Source: Octopus vulgaris
Lineage: Eukaryota
Direction of reading: 5' to 3'
Length of the DNA: 64,000 nt
Assembly (NCBI GenBank): GCA_951406725.2
Contig: OX597831.1
Location: 32,364,001-32,428,000, forward strand
A program made the translations under genes and the position numbers. Positions 12,466 through 25,087 of the stretch are shown here, piece by piece; position 1 is the first letter of the stretch, and every line of letters starts with the position of its first letter. The notes below the pieces were generated by a model. It had not been told where the DNA came from. It made no database searches and saw nothing but the letters and a program-made list of their open reading frames with translations.

Positions 12466-13128
12466 TGAAGATTGAATTTACTATGAAATCAATTAATTCT
12501 TGGAATTTTTTTTTAGCGTTTCTGCTGATTTTGTTATTTATTATGTAATACTGAATATATTTTTATTAACAATATATTTTTACGTGAAGAAAGAAAAAAA
12601 CAAAAAAAAAATTTTCTGAAATTAAGTCATTTTCTTACAAGTCACTAATTTCACACACTTACACATACACAAAATGGTAGCTCTCATACATTTATTGAGA
12701 GCTACCAACTGTTTTAGATAAACAATTGGAGGGATTTTTTTAGTTCCATAGATTAATTTCACGAATCAATCTATCCACTGTCAATCAACCAAGAAAAGAA
12801 GAAAGCATATGCTTCTAACCTCATCAAAGTTGCAAGAAACTCACTGCTAACTCATTAATCCCTCTTTGTTTTTATATTCAACTACATGTGTGTATGTGTG
12901 CACAGTGCAGGCATATTTTACAACTACATGGCTTTAGGTTCAATCCCAACTGCATAACATTTTGGGCAAGGGTCTCCTACAGTCCCAGATTGACCAATGT
13001 TTTTTGTGTAAATTTGGCATGTGGAAACTAATAAGGCCCATTGTATGTATGTATGTATGTGTGTGTGTATGTGTGTGTGTGTGTGTGTGTGTAGAAGGTT
13101 GAAAAGGAACACACGAGTTGATATGTAT

Positions 13129-13234
13129 AAGGAAAATAAGACAAAGTAGAAAATGCTAAATAATTTTATCATGAACAAAAACGTTCTTCATGATAAAATT
13201 ATTTTAGCATTTTCTACCTTGTCTTATTTTCCTT
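13129..13234. repeat. ~106-bp near-perfect AT-rich hairpin
   Basis: aaggaaaataagacaaagtagaaaatgctaaataattttatcatgaa / ttcatgataaaattattttagcattttctaccttgtcttattttcctt. Confidence 0.9.
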
Positions 13235-13236
13235 TA

Positions 13237-13635
13237 TCTATAATATAAATTGGACATGGGCGATCATTGCATTCTTTCTTGTCTTGAGGTTCACAGCCAA
13301 ATGGCTGGATGGATTCACGTGAAAAATGGCACACATATGAGGAGACGGGTGCATAGATTGGAATGCAGTTTGCATTTTTTTCCAAGACCTCATACTTACT
13401 GAGAAAATCGATTAAAACTTTTCTAATGGAATTCCCCTCTTTCTTTCGCCAGTTACTTAGAAGCTGTTTTCTGACAGGGTGGGGTCAGCAAATTTTCATA
13501 CAATTGGAGGCTCCAATCAAAACAGGGGACCCAAAATGATAAGGTTGAGAAACGCTGTTATAGATTATGCCTAATCGAAAACGATCACAGCCACATCATC
13601 CAAACAGACAGTGTAAAACTGGGCTTAGCTGCTAG
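13237..13635 (+). mobile_element. Non-autonomous Helitron-like element
   Basis: A|TCTATAATATAAA ... CTAG|T termini, inserted between A and T without TSD; short hairpin cagt-gtaaa-actg just upstream of CTAG. Confidence 0.6.
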
Positions 13636-13910
13636 TATATATATATATGTGTGTGTGTGTGTGTATGGATATATATTATATATACATATATATGCATATA
13701 TAAACATTGGTTTTCAGATCCTTATTTTACTATATCAGAAGCAGCTGATTTTCTCTATGCATACAGTTGTCAGTGAATACTTGCAGCTGACGAAGCTCAA
13801 TGAAACAGAAATGCACATTTAGCTACTAAGATATTTTGTTTGTTTTTTTTTTAAACATTACAAGTTTATAAGAAATAATATCACAGGACGAATGCTGCAG
13901 TTTATTATCA

Positions 13911-14290
13911 TGGCACTCCATTGGTTACGATGACGAGGGTTCCAGTTGATCCGATCAATGGAACAGCCTGCTTGCAAAATTAACATGCAAGTGGCTAAGC
14001 ACTCCACAGATATGTGTATTCTTAATGTAGTTCTCAGGGACATTCAGTGTGACACAGAATGCGACAAGGCTGGCCCTTTGAAATATAGGTACAACAGAAA
14101 CAGGAAGAAACAGTGAGAAAGATGTGGTGAAAGTGTACAGCAGGGTTCACCATCACCTCCTGCCAGAGCCTCGTGGAGCTTTAGGTGTTTTTGCTCAATA
14201 AACACACACAACGCCCGGTCTGGGAATCAACACCGCAATCCTACAACTGCGAGTCTGTTGCCCTAACCACTGGGCCATTGCACTTCCACA
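13911..14290 (-). mobile_element. tRNA-headed SINE family E
   Basis: Minus-strand head gcaatggcccagtggttagggcaacagactcgcag...ttgattcccagacc; body matches 29208-29540, 33320-33878 and 58992-59320. Confidence 0.8.
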
Positions 14291-14446
14291 CAGTTTATTA
14301 TGCTTTAAGTATGATACACAAACTGCTTTGAACTAAACTGCTGTTTATATATATATATATATATATATAAATGAATATATGCACACATATATACAAAAAT
14401 AGAGATAGTGAGAGACAGACAGGCAAGCATACACATGCACACAAGT

Positions 14447-14481
<35 letters not shown>

Positions 14482-14789
14482 TGTGTGTGTGTTTGTGTGT
14501 GTGTATTTATATCTCACCACTCTGCAACTGGTATTAATTTGTTTGGGCCCCCTTAACTTAGAAATCGTTGAAATAAGTACCAAGCTTAAAATGAATACTG
14601 AAGTCATTCTGAACATCGTGCCACAGTATGAAGAGGGTCCAAAGACTGGTTGGTGTAAAAGAACGTGTGTGTGTGTGTGTGTTGTGCTTGAAAAGACACA
14701 TCAAGCTAATTAAAATCGAGGTTGTCCTTGCATACAAGCATGTTCCCTACATTCCTCTCCAGCTGAGTGATCCCAGTCTTGCAGGCTTG

Positions 14790-14968
14790 TAGGTACCGGT
14801 GCCTCGTAAAAGCGCCCAGTACCCTCAGTAAAGCGGTTGGTGTTAGGAAGGACATCCAGCCGTTAGAACCATGCCAATGGAGTCTGGGCAGGTTCTTCAG
14901 CTGGCCAGCTTGTCAAACCGTCCCACCCATGCCAGCATGGAAAACGGACGTTAAATGATGAGGATGGC
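14790..14968 (+). mobile_element. Family D 3' part
   Basis: gttaggaaggacatccagccg...catgccagcatggaaaacggacgttaaatgatg. Confidence 0.8.
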
Positions 14969-15282
14969 GATATATATTAAAATGCATGCATGTGTTTATA
15001 GTGAAATAGGTAACTTTTTATCTTTTTTTTTTTTTTGTCATACAGACATTTTGGGAATTTTATTTTGTGTATGGACATACGAATGTTTACTGTGTCTGGG
15101 GAGAATCATTCTCTTTTAGTGCCTTATTACTTAACACATTCACCGGTTCGGTTTACACTCATCTATTTATTTTTTCTAAAATTTTCGTTGCGTCTTGCAA
15201 TCTCTTCTATAGTCATTGACTCTGTCCAGAATGTGTTAAATAATAAGGCGCTTCAACACACGAATTCACATAAAGAACCTTG

Positions 15283-15712
15283 GGATCATTTTGGCTTGAA
15301 CGGCAGTTTTTTCTAGTGGTGCCATATGAAATTGTCACTCATAATTATGACCTTAGTATCAATCTATTGCGTTTCAATCTGTTTTAGGGTTAGGGTTAGT
15401 TAGGGTTAGGGTGGGGGGAAGGGTATCTTTTTTTCTTCACAAATGTAAATAAACCCAGACTGTTTCTTAAATGAGGGACATATTCATACGGCACAGAATG
15501 TTTTTTTTACCTCAATGGACGTCATTGATTGGTTGAAATTGTAGAAATTGAAGAAGAAGAAAAAAACAACAAATATCTTACAAACCATAGAATTTTCTCA
15601 AAGCCAAGAGAAAAAGATGTTTTATAAACACATTCTACCAGTATACGAAGTTTTAAATTTTTTAGTTACCTAGAAATTATGTTAAAAACTGCCGTTCAAA
15701 CCGAAAAGATCC
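15283..15712 (+). mobile_element. MITE with ~28-bp TIR (GGATCTTTTCGGTTTGAACGGCAGTTTT), 8-bp TSD and internal TTAGGG motifs; copy 1
   Basis: Perfect TSD GAACCTTG at 15275-15282 and 15713-15720; TIR at both ends. Confidence 0.92.
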
Positions 15713-16586
15713 GAACCTTGCAAACCAAATACATACGAATTTTATTTTCCCCTTTTCTAGCAAAATAGTAGGTTGGATGTACCAACAAATTCTGAAATTT
15801 GCGTGAAATATTGAATAATATTCTTACAAGTTTGCGTCTTCCGAATCAAGGCTTTGATCGGATTTTACATCAATTAAACTGATCATGGCATACAGAGTAA
15901 TGTCCCTTAGTTAAATGTGTTCTGCAAGTGTGCGTGTGTGTATAAATGAGTTTGTATGTGTATAATGTATGTGGGTTTTGTGTGTGTAGGTGTGTGTAAG
16001 GGGTATCATGTGACGTGGAGGTATAGACTGGTTGGGGTGTGAATGGTTACTGTTTAACTCCGTGTCAAAGCCGATTGACAAGGCCTATGATGATCAAAGG
16101 TATTCCAAACATGGCCATCTCGTCTTTTTAAAGGTGTATCTAGGACTACCTCATCTAATGTGACTTTTATTTTGAAGATGATAGAAAGAATTTAAGGATT
16201 TGTCTTCTCTTTCTAGCAGGTTAAGTAACTCTGTAAGAGCTACCACGTTTGCTTGAGGTGAGAGAGAGAGACAAAGAGTGTGTGTGTGTGGGTGTGCGCG
16301 CGTGCGTATGTGTATCCGTGAGAGAGAGAGCTGGAGAAATTTGTACAACAGAGAGAAGTAGATTGTAAAGAGAGCAATACGATTGAGATAAGAGGGGAAA
16401 AAAGTATGGGACACATTGAACGACAGAGATAGGTAGAGAAACCATTTGTAGGAGAGAGAGAGAAAGAAGTCTATAGGTGAGAAAGAGAGAGGGGAAATAA
16501 TTTAAGAGGGAGGGGGAGAGACAATTTGCAGATTGAGTAAGAAATATACTGGATGTCTCTATGCCACTGAGAGAAGTAGAGAGAAA

Positions 16587-16995
16587 GGATCTTTTCGGTT
16601 TGACCGGCAGTTTTTTAAAGTAATTTCCACGTAACTAAACACTTTTAAACCGGTAGAATGTGTTTATAAAACATCTTTTTCTCTTGGCTTTATTGAGAAA
16701 ATTCTATAATTTGTAAGATATTTGTTGTTGTTTTCTTCAAATTCTGAAATTTCAACCAATCAATGACGTCTATTGAGGCAAAAAAAAAAAAAAAACATTC
16801 TGTGCCGTATGAATATGTCCCTCGTTTAAGAAACAGATTGGGTTTATTTACATTTGTGAAGAAAAAAAAGATACCCCCCAACCCTAACCCTAAAACAGAT
16901 TTAAATGCAATAGATCGATACGAGGGTCATAATTATGGGTGACAATTTCATATGACACCGCTAGAAAAAAACAGCCGTTCAAACCGAAAAGATCC
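16587..16995 (-). mobile_element. Same 8-bp-TSD MITE, copy 2 (inverted relative to copy 1)
   Basis: TIRs intact; degenerate TSD gagagaaa / aagggaaa. Confidence 0.9.
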
Positions 16996-17721
16996 AAGGG
17001 AAAAACTAAAATAATGACTGTGTGTGAGGGATTTTTTTTTAATAATAGTAAGAGTGTACGTATGAGAGAGAGAGGGGGGAGAGAGAGAGAGAGAGATAGT
17101 CTGATAAACGGACAGTGAAAGAAAGCTGACAAAGTTTGCTTAAAAAAATATCGTTGAAAAAAATATGCTGTCAGTCATTATTTATTGTGAGATGAAACGA
17201 TTCGTCAGAAATGATAGGATTAAATATTTAGATTCATCCTTCTAATATGTAGAAGAAAAGTGGCTAAATTACTAAGATATTGGGCTACAGACTCAAAAGT
17301 TTAAATTTCACAAAAGGTCTTACATTGGGCTTCTATGCAGGACACTATATTCTACAGGAACTTTATCCCAAAAGGATGAAAAACAATATCGACCTCGGCA
17401 GGATTTGAACTCCGAGCGCAGAGGACTGCAACGAAAATAGCATGAAGCATTCTTCCTAACGCTCCAACGCCTCTGCCAATAATTATAACGCCAATAAAAC
17501 CAGAACCTACCAGAACATTGCATATAATAAATAAAACATGTAAGGCTAATCCAAATCAACCACGATGGGTTTTGGAGACAGTGATGCCTGCTTCTAGTTC
17601 CTTAATCACAAACAGATGAAAGATATGAAAAGCATTCCATCCATGCCCAGCCAGACATATTTTCAGGCATAGTGTACCTATAATTCCATATGTCAACTGT
17701 GTGATTTGAGGAAGATTTCGC

Positions 17722-18119
17722 GGGTCTTTTCGGTTTGACCGGCAGTTTTTTAAAATAATTTCCACGTAACTAAAAAATTTTAAACTTCGTATACTGGTAG
17801 AATGTATTTATAAAACATCTTTTTCTCTTGGCTTTATTGAGAAAATTCTATAGTTCGTAAGATTTTTTTTTTCTTCAATTTCTACCAATCAATGACGTCT
17901 ATTGAGGTAAAAAAAACATTCTGTGCCGTATGAATATGTCCCTCGTTTAAGAAACAGATTGGGTTTATTAACATTTGTGAAGAAAAAAAAGATACCCTTC
18001 CTCCACCCCTAACCCTAAAACAGATTGAAATGCAATAGATCGATACTAGGGTCATAATTATGGGTGACAATTTCATATGACACCGCTAGAAAAAACTGCC
18101 GTTCAAACCGAAAAGATCC
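17722..18119 (-). mobile_element. Same 8-bp-TSD MITE, copy 3
   Basis: Perfect TSD GATTTCGC at 17714-17721 and 18120-18127. Confidence 0.92.
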
Positions 18120-18469
18120 GATTTCGCTAGTTTTATCAGGTTTTACGATCACATGAGATCTCTTTCGTTCCGCCTATATTTTTATACCTCAAGATGGATG
18201 GGTTCTATTTTTTTTGGCCACCCTCTTATATCACACAACCCTCTACCAAAAAATAAGCAAGTTATCCAATCCTTCCACCCTTGAACCCCTTCCACCCCAT
18301 TGCTACTCTTAAGCTGCCACAGAAATTACTAATCGCTCAAGTCGAGCAGTAGGCCAAACAGAGTTATGTACCTTGATGAAAGACATTTTTTTTTCTACAA
18401 TTCCTTGTAACTATATGGTTTAATATTGCAACATACACACACACACACACACACACATACACGTAGTTG

Positions 18470-18818
18470 AAGGCGTAACTGTGTGTAGTAAGAGGTTTGC
18501 TTCATAACTGCATGGTTCTGGGGTCAGTCCCAACGCGTGGCACCTTGGGCAAGTGTCTTCTACTATAGCCTCAGGCCAACCAAAGCCTTGTGAGTGGATT
18601 TTGGTAGACGGAAACTCAAAGAGGCCCGTCGTGTGTGTGTGTGAGTGCGAGCACGCGTTCACTGCTTGACAACTGGTGCTAGTGACTTTACGTCTGCGTA
18701 ACCAGGCGGTTCGGCAAACAACACCAACAGAACAAGTACAAGACTTTAAAAAAAATAATAAGTAGTTCTAAGCAATGCCCCAGTATGGGCTCTGTTCAAT
18801 GATTGAAACAAGTAAAAG
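18470..18818 (+). mobile_element. SINE family B
   Basis: Head, ggcaccttgggcaagtgtcttctactatagcc core, internal (GT)n, tail gattgaaacaagtaaaag. Confidence 0.85.
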
Positions 18819-20340
18819 TTAAGATACCACATGCAATGGCATCAAAGACGTGCAGGTATATTAAGGCGCAACCCAATTTTAGCCGCGCAAATTCAAGGGC
18901 AAAAAAGTTTTTAGCGTGTTTAACGAATGTAATTATAGGCCAAACTTCGCATTTATGACCTAGGTGATCGATCGATTGATTGATTGGTGGATGGGTGGGT
19001 GGATAAATTTCCTTGATTTTCCTATAGAGAACGTTAAGAGCTCGCCATACATTGAGAACAAGCTGGACACACTACAGCTAAAACCAACACATTATCTAAC
19101 ACACAGAGATCCCAATGCACGAAGATATTATCAAACACAGGTCAACATACCAACACATCTCCTTACGTACTTCACCTAATTATTCTCTTAATCCAAATGA
19201 GTTTTAATCCATTAAAATCATTACGGATAATAACGAAATATAATGTATTAGAAGAGATAACTATATCTAATGTATTAAAGGCAGATAATTTCTGGATTCT
19301 TTTAGTATTAACTACAGATTACTGTAAGAGAGAAAGTAGTCTGTGTATGTGTGTGGAGCGGGTGTAAATAGGTGGTGGGGTGGAAGTGAACGAACGATGT
19401 GAGTGAATGTGTATGAATTGGAATGAAAGATAGTGCACGTGTATGATAGAAAGAGACGGTGAAAATAAGGGACATTGAATAGGAGAGAAAGAAAGAGGCA
19501 TAGAAAAAGAAAGGAAGAGAGACAGAGAGAAAATGTGAATGAGAGATGAGAGAAAATGTGAATGCTAGAGAGAGGCAGAAAAAAGTGAGAAAAAGAGATA
19601 GAGGTGATTTTGTTATATAATTCTAAATGGATAATCCTTTATTTTTTAATCCCCCACTCATCTTACCTCAGCCCACCTGTCTTAAGATTGGATGAAAAAA
19701 TAATTACCTAAAAATATTAAATAGACATTTATACACACAGGTAAATATAGGTGAATGTGTTAGAGTAGGAGAAAGAGTCAACGAAGAAAGGAGAGAAGAA
19801 AACAGAGGTGAATATGGTAGAAAGAGAGAGAAACAGAATCATAGAGGAAATGAGAGAGGGCCATGTGTGTGCATGTGTAAATACAGGTAAATATAACAGA
19901 CAGTGAGCAGAGGAGAGAATCATTGTAAAAAGAAGAGTCATACGTACAGGTAAATACAGGTAAACAGAGTTGTATGCGACAGTGTGAGTGTCACAGAGAT
20001 AGTGAATAGATAAGTAGGTAGGTGGGTGGAATAGGTTGACAGATCTGTTGCTAAGTATGTGGGTAGGCAGGTAAGTTGGTAAGAAAGCAGGTTGGTAGGT
20101 TTATAGGTAGATCATTGAGTAAATATGTAGGTATATAGGTGGGAGATTGACGGGTAGAATAGTGGGTGGAACAGGTAGGCAATTGAGAGTGTAAACAGGT
20201 AAATAGGTGGGTAATAGATACAGAGGATGGTAAATGTTGTGGATAGGGAGTTAAGAAGGCGGATAGAAAGAGGGTGGAAAGCTCTCGATACGGGTAGAGA
20301 GGTTAACGATACAGGTAAATAATTAACGATTCCTTCATTG

Positions 20341-20557
20341 TTTTACTTGTTTTGTTTCAGTCATTGAACTGTGGCCATGCTGGATCACTACCTCAACAGG
20401 TTTACTTGCGTGGATTGGCCTTAGTAATTATTTTAAAATCTGGAACTAATTTAGTTGGTCTCATTTTGCTGAACCGCTAAGTTACAGGAATGTAAACAAT
20501 ATCCAACGTGAAATAATGAGAGGTAAACACACACTCATACATACATACATACATACA

Positions 20558-20593
<36 letters not shown>

Positions 20594-20805
20594 TATATAT
20601 ACATACATACACACACACACATACATATATCTACATACACACACAAACACACATGCATATACTCACATATATCTACAAATTCCCTCATAAGGCTTTGGTT
20701 GGCTCAGTTATAAAAGAAAACAAGATGCCCACGATGCCATGCAGTGGGACTGAACCTGAAACTACATGGCTGCAAACCAAACCTCTTAACCACACAGCCA
20801 TGCCT
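20341..20805 (-). mobile_element. SINE family B with expanded internal (CATA)n
   Basis: Tail ttttacttg..tttcagtcattg and head ccacacagccatgcctg flank the microsatellite. Confidence 0.75.
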
Positions 20806-21392
20806 GTACCTTTGATATGTATATGGGTAGAGAGTTAGCAATTTGGGTAGATAGCAAGTTAGTGATACAGGGTGGACAGATTGGCAATGAGGGTGGTGAG
20901 CAATTGAAATGGGTGGTTAGGTCATAAGGTTGGAAGACTGGGAGCAAGTACCTGGACAGGTGTGGGTAGGTAACTGACTTTGATGACTAATAAGGTGTGG
21001 GAGGGGGATGAATGAATCATAATTGTCTAATTATGACCCAGATTTGGGGTGGATGGGTGGGGGCTCAGGAATGTTAGGTGGTAAGCAAGGAGGGTGGTCA
21101 TAATTGGAAGGGAGAGGAAGTAGATCTATTCTTGGTCTCAGGGCTTAAATTCACTGACCTTTTAAGGTCATCTCACACACACCCACCCAACTGTCATTAC
21201 TCATGAACAACCTTTTGACACACAGCTAAACCCACCACACACCTTTTACTCCAGTCAACGAGGGAGTCTCTATGGGGTTGCTCAACATACTAGAAACAAC
21301 AGCCAAAATACTATACTGGCACAAAGTCAACCTAGAGTTAAATAACAGCAATAGTTCGTTTGCTTCCTTTATCATTCAGTACCAGTTATTAT

Positions 21393-21667
21393 CGGTATCA
21401 GGACAAAATCCCCCAAGGACAAATTTTAAGCAAAAATATCAAAAAATAAATATTTTAAATTTTTTTATAAAATTTCAGTTTCCTAAAATATTTTTATTGT
21501 AAAGAAAGAACAATATCCCAAGGGATATTATCTGGTGGGGGTGGATTTGCCCTTGGTGAGGTTTTGTCTTTGGAGGGATTTTGTCCTCTAGGGTAGGTGA
21601 TTTTGTCGTCGGGGGATTTTAGCCTCAGGGGGAGATTTTGTCGTCGGGGGAGACTTTGTCCTAGTAT
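21393..21667. mobile_element. Non-autonomous TIR element with GGGGATTTTGTC subterminal repeats
   Basis: aggacaaaatcccc at the left is inverted to the tandem ggggattttgtc units that end ctttgtcctagtat. Confidence 0.5.
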
Positions 21668-21710
21668 TGTTATCACATCACTAACTTCAGAAAAACAAAA
21701 ACTACAGTAT

Positions 21711-21938
21711 TTAACCCTTTGGCATTTAAAACAACCATATCTGACCAAGACATTCTGCCCATTTTATGTTTGAACCAATCAGATCCTGACTCTCACTCAT
21801 ATCCTAGAATGTCAATGTTAAAATATACAGTCTCATCCTTGAAACCTCAAAGCTATAAGATAATGCCTGGTTAATTCAAAACAATGTGAATAAATAAGCA
21901 TGGCATTGGCCAGAGGGATTGCAATACTAACTAGTTAA
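21711..21938 (+). mobile_element. piggyBac-like MITE family 2
   Basis: TTAA-CCCTTTGGCATT ... TTAA; related copies at 29982, 32446, 56303 and 59853. Confidence 0.75.
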
Positions 21939-22007
21939 TGGTATACAAGAGACACTTTTCAAAAAACAAAACCAGTGATCTCCAAAAGACCATCCCATGT
22001 CCTATAT

Positions 22008-22232
22008 ATACGGGGGGTGGGGGTGCTGAAAAGTTGCTGGCTTCAAGGGTATTGTGAAAGGCCTGGTTGGCGGCTCAACCTTCTGAGTTCTTTTATAGGG
22101 CTTAGAAAAATTGAAGGACTGCTGCAATAATTGTGTGATCATGAGAGGGGAATATGTTGAATAATATTATAACTAACTGATCCTCTTGTATTTTCTTTTA
22201 CTCAAAGCCAAGGACTTGTCAGCACTCTCTTG
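22008..22232 (+). mobile_element. Non-autonomous mariner-derived MITE
   Basis: TIR gtgctgaaaagttgctggctt / aagccaaggacttgtcagcac; retains a transposase-like tail (..RGEYVE*); inverted copy at 32023-32244. Confidence 0.7.
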
Positions 22233-22648
22233 TGTGTGTGTGTGTGTGTGTGTGTGTTTGTCCTCCGTCCACCTGACAACTGGTGTTGATGTTTTATGTC
22301 TCTGTAACTTAGTGGTTTGGCAAAATAGATTGATTGAATAAGTACTAGGATTATAAAAAAATGGTGGTGGAGAGGGCCGATTTGTTGAACTAAAATTCTT
22401 CAAAGTGATGCCCCAGCATGGCTGTAGTCTAATGATTGAAACAAATAAAAGTAGCTTTATTTTATTTTACACAAGAAAAAAAAAATACAAATTAAAAATC
22501 GAATATACAGGTTTTTCAGTTTAATCTAGAGAAGATTGTCTCCCCTTTAATAATAAATCACCACCAGGGATACAAACCACTTGTTTTTCATCTGTTCTAA
22601 ACGTCTATTTTAAAACATCTTTAATCTGAAGATGTTAGAGCTGTGATA

Positions 22649-23330
22649 TACGAGGTGTAGTCAGAAAATAATAATGCATGAGCAAAAATGCTTGTGTCTG
22701 TGGGTTGCGCCACTTGCCCGCAGTGATGCATTGAGTATAGACATGAAGAATGTGCTGTGCGATTTTTCATTTTGAGTCAAGATGATTGAGAACATTGAGC
22801 AAAGATACTGTACCAAATCCTGCCAAAAAGTTGGTGATATGCCATCCCAGACTATCAAGAAGATTCAGAAGACCTTTGGAGATGACAAATAAAAGAGTGG
22901 TACAACCGGTGGACAATGATCCACATTGTGGCCAAACAATACTCCCTGGAGGTTCTTTATCACCTTCATGAAGCTGTGCAGCAAAAACGACACGACCTGT
23001 GGGCAGCAAAGAACTGGCAACTTCACCATGACAACACACCTGCTCATTCCACTCACCATCCAAGCATTCCTTGTCAAGCAAAACATGCAACTTGTTCGTC
23101 AGGCTTTCTACTCCCCAGACTTATTTCTGTGTGACTTTTGACTATTCCCAAAGCTCAAAAAATAAACCCCAAAGGGAGAAGATTTGAGTCAACAGGGGAC
23201 ATTAAGCAAAATTTGATGGCATAGCCCCTACAGCATCCCAAAAAGTGATTTCCAGAAAGGATTCCAGGAGTGACAGGAAATCTGGCAGAAGTGTATAGAC
23301 TCCAAAGGTGGATACTTTGAAGGTGACTAA
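22649..23330 (+). pseudogene. Fossil mariner (DD34D-type) transposase, internally deleted and frameshifted
   Basis: Fragments EQRYCTKSCQKVGD..QTIKKIQKTFGDD, WQLHHDNTPAHS, YSPDLFLCDF*LFPKLK and ..KGGYFEGD*; left end TA-CGAGGTG. Confidence 0.9.
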
Positions 23331-23370
23331 ATCAAAATGATGAGTTTTTTAAAATTACTTGTCTTTTTAA

Positions 23371-23585
23371 GGCAGCGAGCTGGCAGAAATGTTAGCACAC
23401 CGGGCAAAATGCTTGGTGGTATGTCGTCTGTCTTTATGTTCTGAGTTCAAATTCTGTCGAGGTCAGCTTTGCTTGTCATCCTTTCGGGGTCTATAAATTA
23501 AGTACCAGTTGTGTACTGAGGTCGATCTCATCGACTGGCTCCCTCCCCCCAAATTTTGGGTTTTGTGTCTAGCGTAGAAAAGAAT
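23371..23585 (+). mobile_element. SINE family A inserted just 3' of the mariner ORF
   Basis: Flanked by TSD-like attacttg(t)cttttt at 23354-23368 and 23586-23599. Confidence 0.9.
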
Positions 23586-24614
23586 ATTACTTGCTTTTTG
23601 GCCAAAGGTCAGATTGGGCCGTAGGTCAGATACATTTAGTTAGATCATAAATACTCATGAACATTCTTACAAAATCAAATAATAACACCGCACCCATAAC
23701 TTTTGGAAACATTTTTTCATACTCAGAATTGCTAAAGCATGGAATAAACTATCCCCTTCAAATATTAGCTGTCAGGACCCTACATCCTTCAAAACTTCTA
23801 TGCTTCCTGAAATTTGCTCACCTGATACACACATGATATCCACCCAACACCTTTTATTTTTATGACTCATTCACTTTTCACTTCCTGTGTTTTATTCTAT
23901 GTCCTGATTATGCACTTTTCGCTGCTTTTCTGGAGGGATTATGGTGCACCAGAGCAGCACTGTATACAATAAGTTTATTTTTTTATAAAATGAGTGATAT
24001 AAAGTATAGAGACATCATGGATACTGTGATGGATGTGATATATATATATATATATAGTGACATTATTGATACTGTGAGTGATTTATAATGATATCATGGA
24101 TGAAAGGTGGTGCCCCAGCATGGCCAAAACTAAAAACAAATGAACTTCAAAATCTGTGATATATAGTGATATCGAAGAAACTATGACAGTTGTGGTATAC
24201 AGTGATATCATAGATATTATGAGGGGTGTGATATATAGTGATATCAGATATACTGTGGGTGATATGGTATATAATCATTGTGCCAGCTGTGATGTTTTGA
24301 TATCACAGATACTGTGAGTGGTGTGTTTTATAGTAATATCATGTGATAAGTGGTGCTCCAGCATGGCCTAAGCTAAAATAAATTAACTTCAACATCTGTG
24401 TTATCTTGTGATATCAAAGAAACCATGACAGCAGTGATATATAGTAATTTCATATACTATTGGTAGTGTGGTATACCCTGATAGTATAAATATTATGAGG
24501 GTGTGTAGTATAGAGCAATACAGATACTGTGGTTGGTAGGATATGCAGTATATCATATATATGGTGTGTGGTATGGTATAGTAATATCAAATATACTGTG
24601 GGTGTAAAGGGTGA

Positions 24615-24946
24615 AGACTTCTTTCGGTCATGAATGACCATGGGATTGCACCTAGAAAGTTCCCCTTTGAAGCAGAAGTCCAGGCAAGGTTGTTTGTGGA
24701 CGACCAGCAGCTGCCCATGCATACCAGCACCCCTTCCCATTCCATGCCACCAATTTTATCCAAAGGAAAGGCAAAGGGGCCGATACAGCTTGGCACCAGT
24801 GACGTCACAACTCATTTCTACAGCTGAATGAACTGGAGCAACGTGAGATAAAGCGTCTTGCTCAAGAACACGACACACACCCTGGTCAGGAAATCATACC
24901 TCAGGGTTGTGAGCTCAATGCTCTAACCAATGAGACATGCACCTTC
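24615..24946 (-). mobile_element. tRNA-headed SINE family C
   Basis: Reverse complement of 59892-60220. Confidence 0.85.
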
Positions 24947-24985
24947 ATTGTGGGTGCATGGTATACATTAATACAATGTGATACA

Positions 24986-25087
24986 CAGGGTGGGCCAAAA
25001 GTAATTAAATATAAAGTGTTGTTTTTGAAATGTGCAATATATGTTAAAGGAGTTTAAATCTTGGTGCATGGCTTTTGGCCCAGCCTG
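24986..25087. mobile_element. Tc1/mariner-type MITE (~100 bp)
   Basis: TIR CAGGGTGGGCCAAAAG / CTTTTGGCCCAGCCTG followed by TA. Confidence 0.75.

Noticed and set aside
13775-13835. CTGACGA...GAAA hammerhead-like motif
   Set aside because: No convincing stem II and stem I does not pair next to the core.
15384-15411. Interstitial telomere or chromosome fusion site
   Set aside because: The TTAGGG units are internal to a MITE and recur in its other two copies.
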